Source: a virus (taxonomy: Duplodnaviria > Caudoviricetes). From it: a stretch of 25,275 nt of DNA. The notes beneath the pieces were generated by a model, which saw only the letters and a program-made list of their open reading frames with translations, had not been told where the DNA came from and made no database searches. Both the position numbers and the translations under genes were made by a program. This document shows positions 1 through 8,842 of this stretch, one piece after another. The stretch lies in IMG/VR virus record IMGVR_UViG_3300037484_000729, positions 1 to 25,275 of that record; one strand, written 5' to 3'. Each line of letters starts with the position of its first letter. Positions within the stretch are counted from its first letter, which is position 1.

Positions 1-240
1 CTCGAAATCCTCATTGACCACGCTGTATTTATAGGCAGACAAAGATTTAATGGTTTTATCCCCAAGCCAGCGCACCATTTTGGGAAAATTGGAGAGCCAG
101 CCGTAATCTTCCTGACTGGTGGTGGACGGCACCATCATGGCGATTTTCTGCCACTGGGATGGCGCCCCGGCAAAAGCCTGATTAAAAGTTGTCCGCAGAT
201 TGATAAAAATAGACTGCAGGACAGTTGCGTTTACTATCAT
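1..240 (-). CDS. Mu-like major head subunit gpT, N-terminal part (runs off window)
   Basis: Manual translation MIVNATVLQSIFINLRTTFNQAFAGAPSQWQKIAMMVPSTTSQEDYGWLSNFPKMVRWLGD..., typical gpT 'Y.WL..FP.M..W.G' motif. GGAG RBS at 249-252. Confidence 0.9.
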   Translation of the reverse strand, partial: MIVNATVLQSIFINLRTTFNQAFAGAPSQWQKIAMMVPSTTSQEDYGWLSNFPKMVRWLGDKTIKSLSAYKYSVVNEDFE

Positions 241-282
241 TTTTGAATCTCCTTACTATGCGTATTTAAAAATCAACTTAAC

Positions 283-1326
283 TTATGCAGTCAGCAGTAC
301 AGCCGTGTACTCGATCCAGATTGCGGACAGCACTACGGTATCCGTGGTGTGCGCTCCCGGTGTCAGTTCAACTGTCAAAGTTTGTGCCCCTGCAGGAATA
401 TCGGCAGCAGCAATAGTAATGGTGTTCTCCGCGTATGCTGCACCCAGGGCGGAGGAAACGTCCTCAACCTTGGTGTCTCCCTCGTTAAAGTAGGAATCCG
501 CAGCAATGGTTGGAGTATCAGTGGCGCCACCGGATTTTGCCCGGAAATGGATAACCAGATCAGAGGCAACGTCAAGATCCGGAGGAAGCGGTGTCTGGAA
601 AAGTACCGCATCGGAATTACTCGCAACCCATGTTACCAGCAGGCCGGAATCAGTGTCACCGTTTGCCATGTCCAGAACCGGAGTGGTACTGACTCCGAGA
701 CGCGCCACGACATTAGTGGCATCTGTTTCAATCAGATCTCCCAGCATAATCTGGATAAACTTCTGGGCGCTGAGCAGATGCTGATAGATTTCCTGCAATG
801 CCGCTTCAACTTCTGTCTGGGCGGTGAACGTTCCAGCATCTGCCATGCTGATGGCGCTGGCAGCATGGGCTCCAGTGGTGTCGGCAATGTGTGTCGCCAC
901 ATCCGCCTGAACGATTGCAGGTTCGATGTCAATCATGGCATGTGTGGTGTCGAGATACTCGGCAATCACACCGCAAAAAATATTGTTGGTGACGTTGGCC
1001 ACCAGATCAACTGTCTGGTCATCAACCAGAAAAACCTCGTCACCGACATTGGCCTGGGTGATGGCTGTATCCATAACAACCTTCACCAATCCGCGTCTGC
1101 GCAGGACAATGTCAATATCGCCGTTGGAGCCGGAGCTGTTGTCTGCCCTGGCTGTTGCAACTCCCTGGAAAATCAGCCCCGCTGTATCAGAGCCTTCGAG
1201 CGCGTATCCATTGGCATTGACACAGGCCAGCGCTCCACCGAAAATTTTCTCTGACGCCGCAACTGGAAAGGCAAGCTCCTTACCTTCTTTATGATGGGCA
1301 TCACGATCTTCTGTTTGTGCAGTCAT
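283..1326 (-). CDS. Capsid cement/decoration protein (DUF2190-like N-terminus) with long C-terminal extension
   Basis: Lies between protease and capsid. N-terminal 'FPVAASEKIFGGAL..VNANGYA...VGDEVFLVDDQTV' pattern, then 'HAASAIS...VEAALQEI' neck and a beta-rich domain. Confidence 0.7.
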   Translation of the reverse strand: MTAQTEDRDAHHKEGKELAFPVAASEKIFGGALACVNANGYALEGSDTAGLIFQGVATARADNSSGSNGDIDIVLRRRGLVKVVMDTAITQANVGDEVFLVDDQTVDLVANVTNNIFCGVIAEYLDTTHAMIDIEPAIVQADVATHIADTTGAHAASAISMADAGTFTAQTEVEAALQEIYQHLLSAQKFIQIMLGDLIETDATNVVARLGVSTTPVLDMANGDTDSGLLVTWVASNSDAVLFQTPLPPDLDVASDLVIHFRAKSGGATDTPTIAADSYFNEGDTKVEDVSSALGAAYAENTITIAAADIPAGAQTLTVELTPGAHTTDTVVLSAIWIEYTAVLLTA

Positions 1327-1375
1327 TTTGTACTGTCTCCTTACTTGGTTGGTAAACCGTTTGTATCAGCTGCGC

Positions 1376-2395
1376 TCAAGCAAAACCGAATTTTTTAATA
1401 TCGTCTGACTCAATGCCCATCATTCCGGCAATTTTGAGAGTGGTAGCATTCAGCTCCTTGTCATCGGTGGTGGTGTCCTTTGTCTCAAGTTTTGATACCG
1501 GAACCACAACAGGCGCCTTGGCCACAAACAGGTTGAAGCCTGCCAGATCAGCAGCGGCATAGGTCGCTGCCCAGTCTTTCTGGTCGGGAGTTATCTTCCC
1601 GGCTGTCATGGCTGCTTTTACAGCATCGAAAGCGTCCCGTTTGGCTATTTTTGCCTGCAGGGCGTCAAAGTCTTCCTTGGAAACCATCATTTTGGCGCCC
1701 TGTTTCAGGGCATGAATGGAGGCTATAACCTCACTTTCACTGTTTGACTCCAGTCCAAGAGCCGTAACCACAGCGCCTGAAATCACCTCCTTTGCTGCTT
1801 TTTTGTCTGTGTTTTTTCCAGCCAGCAACTCATCAATTGCCAGCAGTACCTGGTCTTCGGTCGCGTCCGACTGGAGCGACAACTTCGCAATCAATTTCTT
1901 CAGCATTTCGTTCTCCTGCTCAAGTTGTGCCCCCAGTTTAGCCAGGAGCGGTTGTATATTGTTGGTCTTAGGGTTATTGGTCAGCGATACGCTGTGTATC
2001 GCGAAAATTCTTTTGTCTTCGGTACTCACATAAAAGACCGGAGAAATGTAGCGGTATTCCTTTTTTGCCAAATACTGTCTGGCCGTTTCCGTCCAGTCGA
2101 CCTTTGCCTCGATCCCCCGTAATGTCCAGCGCCAGTCTTTGGCCCAGCCAGAAGCAGGGGCCTGTACGTCTTTGGTGGCCTGATGCTCGTAGTCAAAGAC
2201 CACATCCACCCCGCGCCGGTTGATTCTGGCTTGCATCCGCAGGTATCCTTCCTCATCAACCAGGAACTTTCCGGCCTCGCCTTCCCCTTCGAGCTGCTGC
2301 CAGCCTGCTGCAAAGATGAGATACCATTCCGGTAACTGTTCTGGTGCGAGATTGTCTGTCCCCAGGGACGCTGTCAGTGTGTATGCTTTTTTCAT
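1376..2395 (-). CDS. Mu-like prophage I protein (head maturation protease/scaffold)
   Basis: 'VFDYEHQ...APASGW', 'YRYISPVF', 'SLTNNP', 'GKITPDQKDWA' motifs. Start MKKAY coupled to the gpG stop. Confidence 0.9.
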   Translation of the reverse strand: MKKAYTLTASLGTDNLAPEQLPEWYLIFAAGWQQLEGEGEAGKFLVDEEGYLRMQARINRRGVDVVFDYEHQATKDVQAPASGWAKDWRWTLRGIEAKVDWTETARQYLAKKEYRYISPVFYVSTEDKRIFAIHSVSLTNNPKTNNIQPLLAKLGAQLEQENEMLKKLIAKLSLQSDATEDQVLLAIDELLAGKNTDKKAAKEVISGAVVTALGLESNSESEVIASIHALKQGAKMMVSKEDFDALQAKIAKRDAFDAVKAAMTAGKITPDQKDWAATYAAADLAGFNLFVAKAPVVVPVSKLETKDTTTDDKELNATTLKIAGMMGIESDDIKKFGFA

Positions 2396-2931
2396 GTTTT
2401 TCCCTCTATGATCCATCGTGCAGATAATGCCTCTATTTCCAGAATGTCCTCATCCTGTACCAGCAGAAATGGTCTTGCCGGGATATCGCCCCAGGGCAGT
2501 TTCATTTTCCTGCCGTGCCCGGAGACGTTGTATTTTTTGCCAGCCCTGCTGGTGCGCTGATGTGCCTTTACCTGGGCCAACACCTCGCCAAACGATCCTT
2601 TTGCGGCCCCGAAGTGGTGCACAGCCGCATAAACGACATTGGTACCAACCAGCACCTCATCACCCTGAACTTTGCTGGTGATGGAATTCATCAGTCTGTT
2701 GGTGTTCCGCAGGGTGCCTGCCGTCTTTCCCGGGACGGCCTGATCAGTACCGCGCCTGCTTGGCTTCCATTTCTCCGGCCTGCCTGCCTGGGCAAAATTG
2801 GTCCTGACCGATTCACTGACAATGGTTCCTGCCAGCTTCAGCAGTTTTGTCTTGCTGGTGATCCGGCCAGCGATCTCGTCCATCTTCTTTTTCAGCTCGG
2901 ACGCATCTATTTCAAACAACAGCTCGCTCAT
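2392..2931 (-). CDS. Phage virion morphogenesis protein (Mu gpG-like)
   Basis: 'NF...GRP..WKP', 'VGTNVVYAAVHHFG', 'IPARPFL' motifs. Start moved to MSELL. Confidence 0.88.
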   Translation of the reverse strand: MSELLFEIDASELKKKMDEIAGRITSKTKLLKLAGTIVSESVRTNFAQAGRPEKWKPSRRGTDQAVPGKTAGTLRNTNRLMNSITSKVQGDEVLVGTNVVYAAVHHFGAAKGSFGEVLAQVKAHQRTSRAGKKYNVSGHGRKMKLPWGDIPARPFLLVQDEDILEIEALSARWIIEGKT

Positions 2932-3048
2932 AGATTCCAACCCCATTAAAACAGCCTTTAAAGTCGCCAGTATCGCATTTGCCGGGTAACGTCCGACACA
3001 TTGGACAGGTTGTCCAGGCTGCATCAGACAGGGCCATTTTTAGCGCTT

Positions 3049-3864
3049 TCATTTGTCTGGCCATTCCTTCACCGTCATGTTGTCTACATCTATCTCCAGT
3101 TTTTCTGCTAATGGTGTGGCCATTTCTGCCAGCGCGGCCTTTGCAACAGGCTCCGGCCAGGAGGCTATCCGCTCGGTGAGCAGTTCGCCCATGCCCTGCC
3201 AGTAGCTCGCCCCGGCGTTGTATTCAAAACCGATGTCCGGCAGCATCTGGACAGCAGGTGTCCGGTTACCGGTGGTCGGATCTATGGGTTCAATCAAGCG
3301 CTGGGTGATATCTTCCTCTTCAACGCTCAGTCCTCTTTTCTGTACCTGACTCCCGGTCAGGCCGATGACCGAACAGCGTCACCTGTAGCCGTTTGGCGGA
3401 AACCATGTCGCCCAGACCGGATGATTGGCGGGCCAGACCCTGTTATCCATCGCCAGATGGGTGGGACGCACCCGCCTGTCATTGATGGCGCTGTACTGCC
3501 AGTACTCCAGCACATCACGGTCCTGCATCAGCTGCTGGTAATGGCCGACGTTATAGGCGGTCTGGATATTGGTGCGGAAGATGTTGTCAATCCTCCATGC
3601 CCGTTTTCCGGTCCAGCCTCTGCGCTCAAAGATGCCTGCGCATTCCTTCTGGAACTGCTCAAAACTTGTGCCCTGGTCGACGGCCTTCTGCAGTGCCAGG
3701 TATACGGTCGACAGCTCATCGCCCTTGGCAATGCCGGAGACTGCAAAGGCCCGGAGCTTGGCCTCGTTCTCCAGCTCCCTAAACTCAGAGGGTGACACCT
3801 GCACCTTGTCGCGCCAGAATATCTGTGCTGCCTCCATAGGCAGCAAGGCAAACTTAAATGCCAT
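3049..3864 (-). CDS. Mu gpF/gp30 head morphogenesis protein with in-frame TGA (3379-3381), probable selenocysteine readthrough
   Basis: 'IFRTNIQTAYNVG', 'YSAINDRRVRPTH', 'FPPNGYR*RCSV'. ORFs 3379-3885 and 3049-3297 are in the same frame, and the only stop between them is one TGA at the conserved Cys. Confidence 0.85.
3340..3378 (-). promoter_or_regulatory. Candidate bacterial SECIS element
   Basis: 3' of UGA: CGCUGUUCGGUCAUCG-GCCUGAC-CGGGA-GUCAGGU-ACAG. 7-bp upper stem, G-rich loop starting 23 nt after UGA, CUGU/ACAG lower stem. Confidence 0.65.
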
Positions 3865-5428
3865 CACGGGCCACCTTGCGGCCAAACATCTCGGCGTTAA
3901 AAGCCGCCATTTCCATTACCGCCTGCAGGCTGGACATATCCATGTCCGGATACAGCGCAATGATTTTTTCCATCGCCTCTTCATACGAGGCAGAGGAGCG
4001 CACCGTTTCCAGAAGTTTCTGCTCATTGGCATCAAGATGGGTTTGTTCAATGGCTTCGTCCCCCAGTTCTTCCAGCGCCTGTTGCTCTTCGGTAAAGCCT
4101 GCCGTGTTCCGGTCCTTGGCAACCAGCAGTTTTGCTGCAAAGGGTAACTGTACAGGAGCTGGCTGTTGCTGGCCTCCACCGCCCACCATCAGTTCTCCCT
4201 TCTTCGGCTCCGGGATATTAAATTCTTTGTTGAGCCAGGAGGCAGGAACCTGATGAATTCTGGTGATCTTCTCCACCCAGCTCGCCTTGGCGTCCAGATC
4301 CTCGTCTTCATCCAGGCGGGCAAAATAGCCGGGAATCCTGGTATCCCAGCCAAAATTGAACCCGACCATGGGACGGATCAGCTGGTTGCGGATGGTGGCT
4401 GCTTCGGCGCGTCCGTCTGCCTTGAGCAGATCCAGCCGGATACCGTCATGAGTTTTAGATGCTGCATAGCTGCCAGACTCTCCCACATCGGCGGTCAAGG
4501 TCTGCCCCAGTATGGCCTTGGATATCTCGCCGTTGCAGAACTCTGCCAGCATCTTCCACAGATCTCCCTTGACAGATCCCTGCGAGGCCTCGACAAATTC
4601 AATCTCCGTGCTCTTGGAGATGATTCCTGCCGCATCAGTGCCCAGTGATGAAATGGCAGCGAGCAACGCTGCCCGGTCCTCACTGCTTGCACCCTGATCA
4701 TATCTGCCCAGACGCAGCGGCATGCCGTAGGTCTCGCAAAAAATTACCCAGTCCTTGATGGCGTAATGCTTGAACAGCACCATCCAGGCTGCAACCCGGT
4801 AAATGCCGGATCTGGTTGCATGGCCGCTTTTGCCGCCGTATTGATGGAGCAACACCTTCCATTCGGGGATTTCGGCGCCCATGGCATGCTCATCAGAAAG
4901 CAGCAGGGGAAAGCGCCGCAATAAGCCATTGTTGTCGGTAAACAGAAAACGCTGCTGTTCAAGAAACTCAAGTTTGCCGGGCATAGCCATCCCCTCGGAA
5001 ACATCCCAATGGATTTCCATAGCGGCAAAGCCTTTGCCCACTGCGTCCTGCAGGGAAACAAGGCAGTCATCCCAGTCGGAATGGTTTTTGAAAAAATCAC
5101 CGATAAACTCGGCAACCTTGATGTCTCTGGCGTCATCACTGGCAGGCTCCACTTCAAAATCCAGATCCAAAATGATATTCTTGCGTTTGTCACGTTCACA
5201 GAGCAAGTGGCCGTCTTTCTCCTCCAGCTGCTCAAACAGCGCTGCCTGCCGGGAGACATTGCCGCCATCCGCTTCCTTGAAAATCGTTGCCAGCCGTTCA
5301 GGAGTAAGGCCGTCTGTGACATAGTCCCGGAAAGAGTCCAGAATAGGGGCAACAGCCAGAGCGCGCTTCTCAGGCGCCTTCTGTTTTTTTATTTCCCTGC
5401 CGAACTGATCGTATAAAATGACAGCCAT
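3854..5428 (-). CDS. Portal protein (Mu gp29/DUF935)
   Basis: 'LEEKDGHL', 'F.E.YGMPLRLGRY', 'CNGEISKAILGQTLT...GSYAASKTH' motifs. Directly follows the terminase. Confidence 0.93.
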   Translation of the reverse strand: MAVILYDQFGREIKKQKAPEKRALAVAPILDSFRDYVTDGLTPERLATIFKEADGGNVSRQAALFEQLEEKDGHLLCERDKRKNIILDLDFEVEPASDDARDIKVAEFIGDFFKNHSDWDDCLVSLQDAVGKGFAAMEIHWDVSEGMAMPGKLEFLEQQRFLFTDNNGLLRRFPLLLSDEHAMGAEIPEWKVLLHQYGGKSGHATRSGIYRVAAWMVLFKHYAIKDWVIFCETYGMPLRLGRYDQGASSEDRAALLAAISSLGTDAAGIISKSTEIEFVEASQGSVKGDLWKMLAEFCNGEISKAILGQTLTADVGESGSYAASKTHDGIRLDLLKADGRAEAATIRNQLIRPMVGFNFGWDTRIPGYFARLDEDEDLDAKASWVEKITRIHQVPASWLNKEFNIPEPKKGELMVGGGGQQQPAPVQLPFAAKLLVAKDRNTAGFTEEQQALEELGDEAIEQTHLDANEQKLLETVRSSASYEEAMEKIIALYPDMDMSSLQAVMEMAAFNAEMFGRKVARDGI

Positions 5429-6895
5429 TTAAAATGCTCCCCGCTTGGTTGTGCGTTTGCTGACCGATTTGTATTCTGTTTCCCCGCCGCCTTCCTGTCT
5501 GGTGGCATACCATGCCATGGCCCCGGCAATACCGGAATCACCGTGGCGCTGTTTCTTGTCTCTGGCGTTGGTTTTTTTTTCCGGCAGTTTGGGCACCCCC
5601 TTGATTACCTTGAATGCCCGGTGGTCTTCGATGATGTCCGCATCCTTTGGCAGCAGGATGGAACGGTCCTCAAAGGCCGCTTTATACTTGGGCATGTTTT
5701 CCCGGTACCACGACTCGGAGAGCATCACCTGACTGATTCTGCTGGCGCCGTACCGCTGCATGGTAACCTCCGCCAGATACTGGCCGTTGCCCCTGGCATC
5801 AAGCGCGCCGTGCCGGAACCGTGGCAGGCGGTCGATGAGGTAAAACAGGATTTGCTCCTGCTGCCGGAACGGAATGTTGCGCAGCTCCAGGGTAAAAGGT
5901 GCCTTGAAGACTGTGTTCTGCTGCTCCTGCAGGGGGATAATGATGCTCAGATCTCCTGTTCTGGCAAAGTCCTCCCCGAAATACGATTCCCTTTTCTTGT
6001 CCAGGGTTGCCAGCAACGGCTGCAGATAATCCTCGCACCATGCCCCGACCTCTGCCTCCCGCACTGCATCCGGAAGATGGACAAATTCAGACGTCTGCTC
6101 GTAGCGGATCACCGAAATGGTGTCGCTCATACATGCTTCCACCATCGCCCTGGTCAGATAGGTGCCGGAACCCTGGGCGGGAATACAGAAAAGCTCTTCA
6201 TCCGCTGCATCACCGTAGGAGGCAATCAGCCCTGTTTTCCATTCTTCCTCTGCCTCCTGGCTCCACTTCCTGCCCAGCCTGAGACAAATCCGCTTGTAAA
6301 GTCCCTGTTCAACGGCATCATCAAAGGTGATCCTGTGCAGGCTGTATGGTTTACGGCCTGCCCGGATGTCCTTTACCAGCTCATTAAACGGATTGGCCTC
6401 TCCGTCATGGGTTGAGATAACCCGTACCTGACCGCCCCACATCAGCAGGGCCATAGCCGCTTTGAGCAGCTCCCCCAATGCGTCATGGAACGCGGCCTCA
6501 TCAATCACCACTCTGCCCTGCTTGCCTCGCAGATTTGATGGTCTTGATGAGAGAGCGACAATCTTGTGGCCGGATTTAAAGCGAATTCTGAAGGTAAGAA
6601 TGTCCTTGTCCTGGTCAACAAAAACCTCTTCTTCCACCGCCTCCGCCGCCAGATCGTATTGCTTGGCCCAGAACGCGCAGTCTTCGATAAACTCTTCGGC
6701 CATGTCCTTGTTGTAGCCGATATACCAGACATCATCTCCTGAAGCCATGGCTGCAAACAGTGCATCGTCTGCAGCCTCGGACCAGGACAGACCAATCCGG
6801 CGTGATTTTACAATCACTTTGACTTCCGCCTCATCCGCAGCCCAGTCCTGCTGGTAGGGCAGAAAGACATATGGCACATCCGCTGTGGTTGTCAT
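5429..6895 (-). CDS. terL: Terminase large subunit (Mu gp28-like)
   Basis: 'FLPYQ', 'KSRRIGLSW', 'LRGKQG.VVIDEAAFH', 'GEDFARTGD', 'HGDSGIA'. Confidence 0.95.
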   Translation of the reverse strand: MTTTADVPYVFLPYQQDWAADEAEVKVIVKSRRIGLSWSEAADDALFAAMASGDDVWYIGYNKDMAEEFIEDCAFWAKQYDLAAEAVEEEVFVDQDKDILTFRIRFKSGHKIVALSSRPSNLRGKQGRVVIDEAAFHDALGELLKAAMALLMWGGQVRVISTHDGEANPFNELVKDIRAGRKPYSLHRITFDDAVEQGLYKRICLRLGRKWSQEAEEEWKTGLIASYGDAADEELFCIPAQGSGTYLTRAMVEACMSDTISVIRYEQTSEFVHLPDAVREAEVGAWCEDYLQPLLATLDKKRESYFGEDFARTGDLSIIIPLQEQQNTVFKAPFTLELRNIPFRQQEQILFYLIDRLPRFRHGALDARGNGQYLAEVTMQRYGASRISQVMLSESWYRENMPKYKAAFEDRSILLPKDADIIEDHRAFKVIKGVPKLPEKKTNARDKKQRHGDSGIAGAMAWYATRQEGGGETEYKSVSKRTTKRGAF

Positions 6896-7338
6896 GCGCC
6901 TATGCCCAGAATACGGGATCTGATATCATCTGCCATGGCGTCGGAGAGTCCGGCGCCCTTGGCTTCTTTCACCACGTTGACCACCTCTTCCGCCACACGC
7001 TGCGCCTTTTCCAGCTTGTCCCATTTTTCCAAAAGAGATCCCATTTTGGAGAGCGTGTCCATCATGGGCGCTGTCCGGTCTTCTGCGTGCTGGTCTTCCA
7101 GATATTGGAGCTGGTCCTCGAAGAGGTCCCGCAGTCTCTGGACATTGCCGCGCTTCTGGCTTCTGGCTTTGTCCCAGCCGTCCATCTCTTCTGATGGCAC
7201 TTTGGATTCTGATTTCCAGCGCGCCAGCGACGTGACCGATACGCCAAGCCGCTCTGCAATCGTGCTTAATCCATGACCGTCAGTGTATAAACGCATTGCC
7301 TGTGGTTCCAGAAATGCGCGATCGCCCTTATTAGCCAT
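6892..7338 (-). CDS. Putative terminase small subunit (DUF1804/gp27-like, N-terminal HTH)
   Basis: HTH 'LSTIAERLGVSVTSLARWK...WDKAR'. C-terminus 'GLSDAMADDIRSRILGI'. Directly upstream of terL. Confidence 0.8.
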   Translation of the reverse strand: MANKGDRAFLEPQAMRLYTDGHGLSTIAERLGVSVTSLARWKSESKVPSEEMDGWDKARSQKRGNVQRLRDLFEDQLQYLEDQHAEDRTAPMMDTLSKMGSLLEKWDKLEKAQRVAEEVVNVVKEAKGAGLSDAMADDIRSRILGIGA

Positions 7339-7579
7339 AGAGCATCTCTTCCAGCTGACCTATTTTGGCCTTGTGACCCAGCAGCTCTCCCTGCAGCATG
7401 ACCAGATCGTCCATGTGCCTCGCAGCAGAGGCTATATCCATTTCCCCAAATTCCCGCAGGGACGGATTGAGCAGCACTGCCAGATCGTTTAACACCAGCT
7501 TGACACGGGTCTTGATTTTCAAGATTTCCTGTTGGTGTTTGTCCATTTCATATCGCATCAATGCGCGGTTGCTATTCAT
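7331..7579 (-). CDS. Phage hypothetical protein (coiled-coil)
   Basis: Translationally coupled ORF starting MNSNRALM. Confidence 0.65.
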   Translation of the reverse strand: MNSNRALMRYEMDKHQQEILKIKTRVKLVLNDLAVLLNPSLREFGEMDIASAARHMDDLVMLQGELLGHKAKIGQLEEMLYG

Positions 7580-7977
7580 CAGTTTTCTCCCTTTTTTCTG
7601 ACCATTGGGCAAAAATGGTTGTTGTCGATTCTGTCTATCAGCTTGGTGACGGCCATGGTGTTACGCTGGATGATATCAGCCAGCGACCCGGCCAGTTTTT
7701 CATAGACTTCCACCAGCCTGACATTGTCCTCGTAATACCGGGTGACCTTGTCGAATTCCCGCTGATCTGCCAGCCTGTTGGCGTACAGCTGGTTCTGCAT
7801 TTCGTTAAGCGCCTTGGCTATCAGCTCCTGATGGCTGTTGAGAGCCTGTACCATCCGATAATTACCGATCAGGTTGGCGATCCAGGGGCCGATGATCAGT
7901 GCCACCAACACACCCCAGACTTCCCATCCCTGAAACAGTTTGACGATTGTGGCCAGCGCCACGACATCACTGTTCAT
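7579..7977 (-). CDS. Membrane protein with coiled coil (lysis region)
   Basis: N-terminal TM segment 'VWGVLVALIIGPWIANLIG' followed by a helical region. Confidence 0.7.
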   Translation of the reverse strand: MNSDVVALATIVKLFQGWEVWGVLVALIIGPWIANLIGNYRMVQALNSHQELIAKALNEMQNQLYANRLADQREFDKVTRYYEDNVRLVEVYEKLAGSLADIIQRNTMAVTKLIDRIDNNHFCPMVRKKGEN

Positions 7978-8129
7978 CGCGACTTTTCTATTTTATGCCC
8001 AATGCCGACAAGACCAAGCATGCCGCCGATGGCCTCAACGATCGAAGCATATTCCTCGTAACCAGTGGCTCTCATCGCCGCTGACAGCCCAATCAAGATC
8101 GTTCCTGTCCATGTTTTCCAGCCGCCCAT
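7974..8129 (-). CDS. Small two-TM protein, putative holin
   Basis: MGGWKTWTGTILIGL...IGGMLGLVGIGHKIEKSR, AAGGAG RBS, basic C-terminus. True start lies inside listed ORF 7974-8522. Confidence 0.7.
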   Translation of the reverse strand: MGGWKTWTGTILIGLSAAMRATGYEEYASIVEAIGGMLGLVGIGHKIEKSR

Positions 8130-8148
8130 CGTTTGCTCCTTGTTCTGG

Positions 8149-8556
8149 TTATTGTTTGCGCCAACTGCTTCTGCCAAATTGGTGTACTGCTGTGTAGACA
8201 ATATTTGCCACCACCGGATGACCTGTATCGCCGATACATGCCCAGAGTTCATAGTCTGCCTGATTTCTGGTAATGCCGTACCTGCTTCCTTTTCGGTAAT
8301 CAAAATCATGCTGGATGCAGCAGTCCTGCCAGTTTTTGCGCAGGAACGTTTCTGCAAACCAGTGCAGCCCCTCTGTGCTGGAACATTCATCGGTTTCTCT
8401 GGTGGTCTGCACCCAGGCTGCAACCGCCTGTTGGCTTTCCAGCAGCTTGACCGTTTCCGGTGCAATTCTTTCCGCGCCCTGGGGAGCACAGGACGCGGCG
8501 AAAATAATAATGATGAGTGCAATTTTCAGTTTTATTATTTTAATATGGCCATTCAT
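8149..8556 (-). CDS. Lipoprotein with phospholipase A2-like domain
   Basis: Signal peptide and lipobox 'IALIIIIFAASC'. 'DCCIQHDFDY..G...R..AD..L..CI...Y.AV..FG' PLA2-type motif. Confidence 0.7.
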   Translation of the reverse strand: MNGHIKIIKLKIALIIIIFAASCAPQGAERIAPETVKLLESQQAVAAWVQTTRETDECSSTEGLHWFAETFLRKNWQDCCIQHDFDYRKGSRYGITRNQADYELWACIGDTGHPVVANIVYTAVHQFGRSSWRKQ

Positions 8557-8842
8557 AATGATTGCCGTCGTTGAAACGCCCGCCCCAGATACCGCCGACC
8601 GATTCCCACCACTCGCCAAGCTGCTGGTGGTGGCTGGTATCGTCCAGATAGTTGCCGTCCAGGAACAGGTTCAGATCAATTGCCAGTCTGATTTTGTGTT
8701 TGCTGTTCTCCGAGCCATACGGACAGCGTGGATCCCGATAGGCATCACCCAGGGTGACAGCAAAATTCAGCTCATGTGCCTTGTTGAGCAGGCGCCCAAC
8801 CATAACGGCAAATTGCTGCTGTCGTTTGAGTAGGAGGCTCAT
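8540..8842 (-). CDS. Endolysin, M15-family metallopeptidase
   Basis: 'GDAYR', 'SKH...LAIDL', 'WGGRF.DGNHY'. Confidence 0.88.
   Translation of the reverse strand: MSLLLKRQQQFAVMVGRLLNKAHELNFAVTLGDAYRDPRCPYGSENSKHKIRLAIDLNLFLDGNYLDDTSHHQQLGEWWESVGGIWGGRFNDGNHYEWPY

Noticed and set aside
3049-3885. gpF as two genes or a pseudogene
   Set aside because: The parts are in frame, the stop sits exactly on the conserved Cys and a SECIS-like hairpin follows. A nonsense mutation remains the fallback explanation.
200-8833. Numerous plus-strand ORFs across the head and lysis region
   Set aside because: Antisense shadows of well-supported minus-strand phage genes, with no recognisable motifs.
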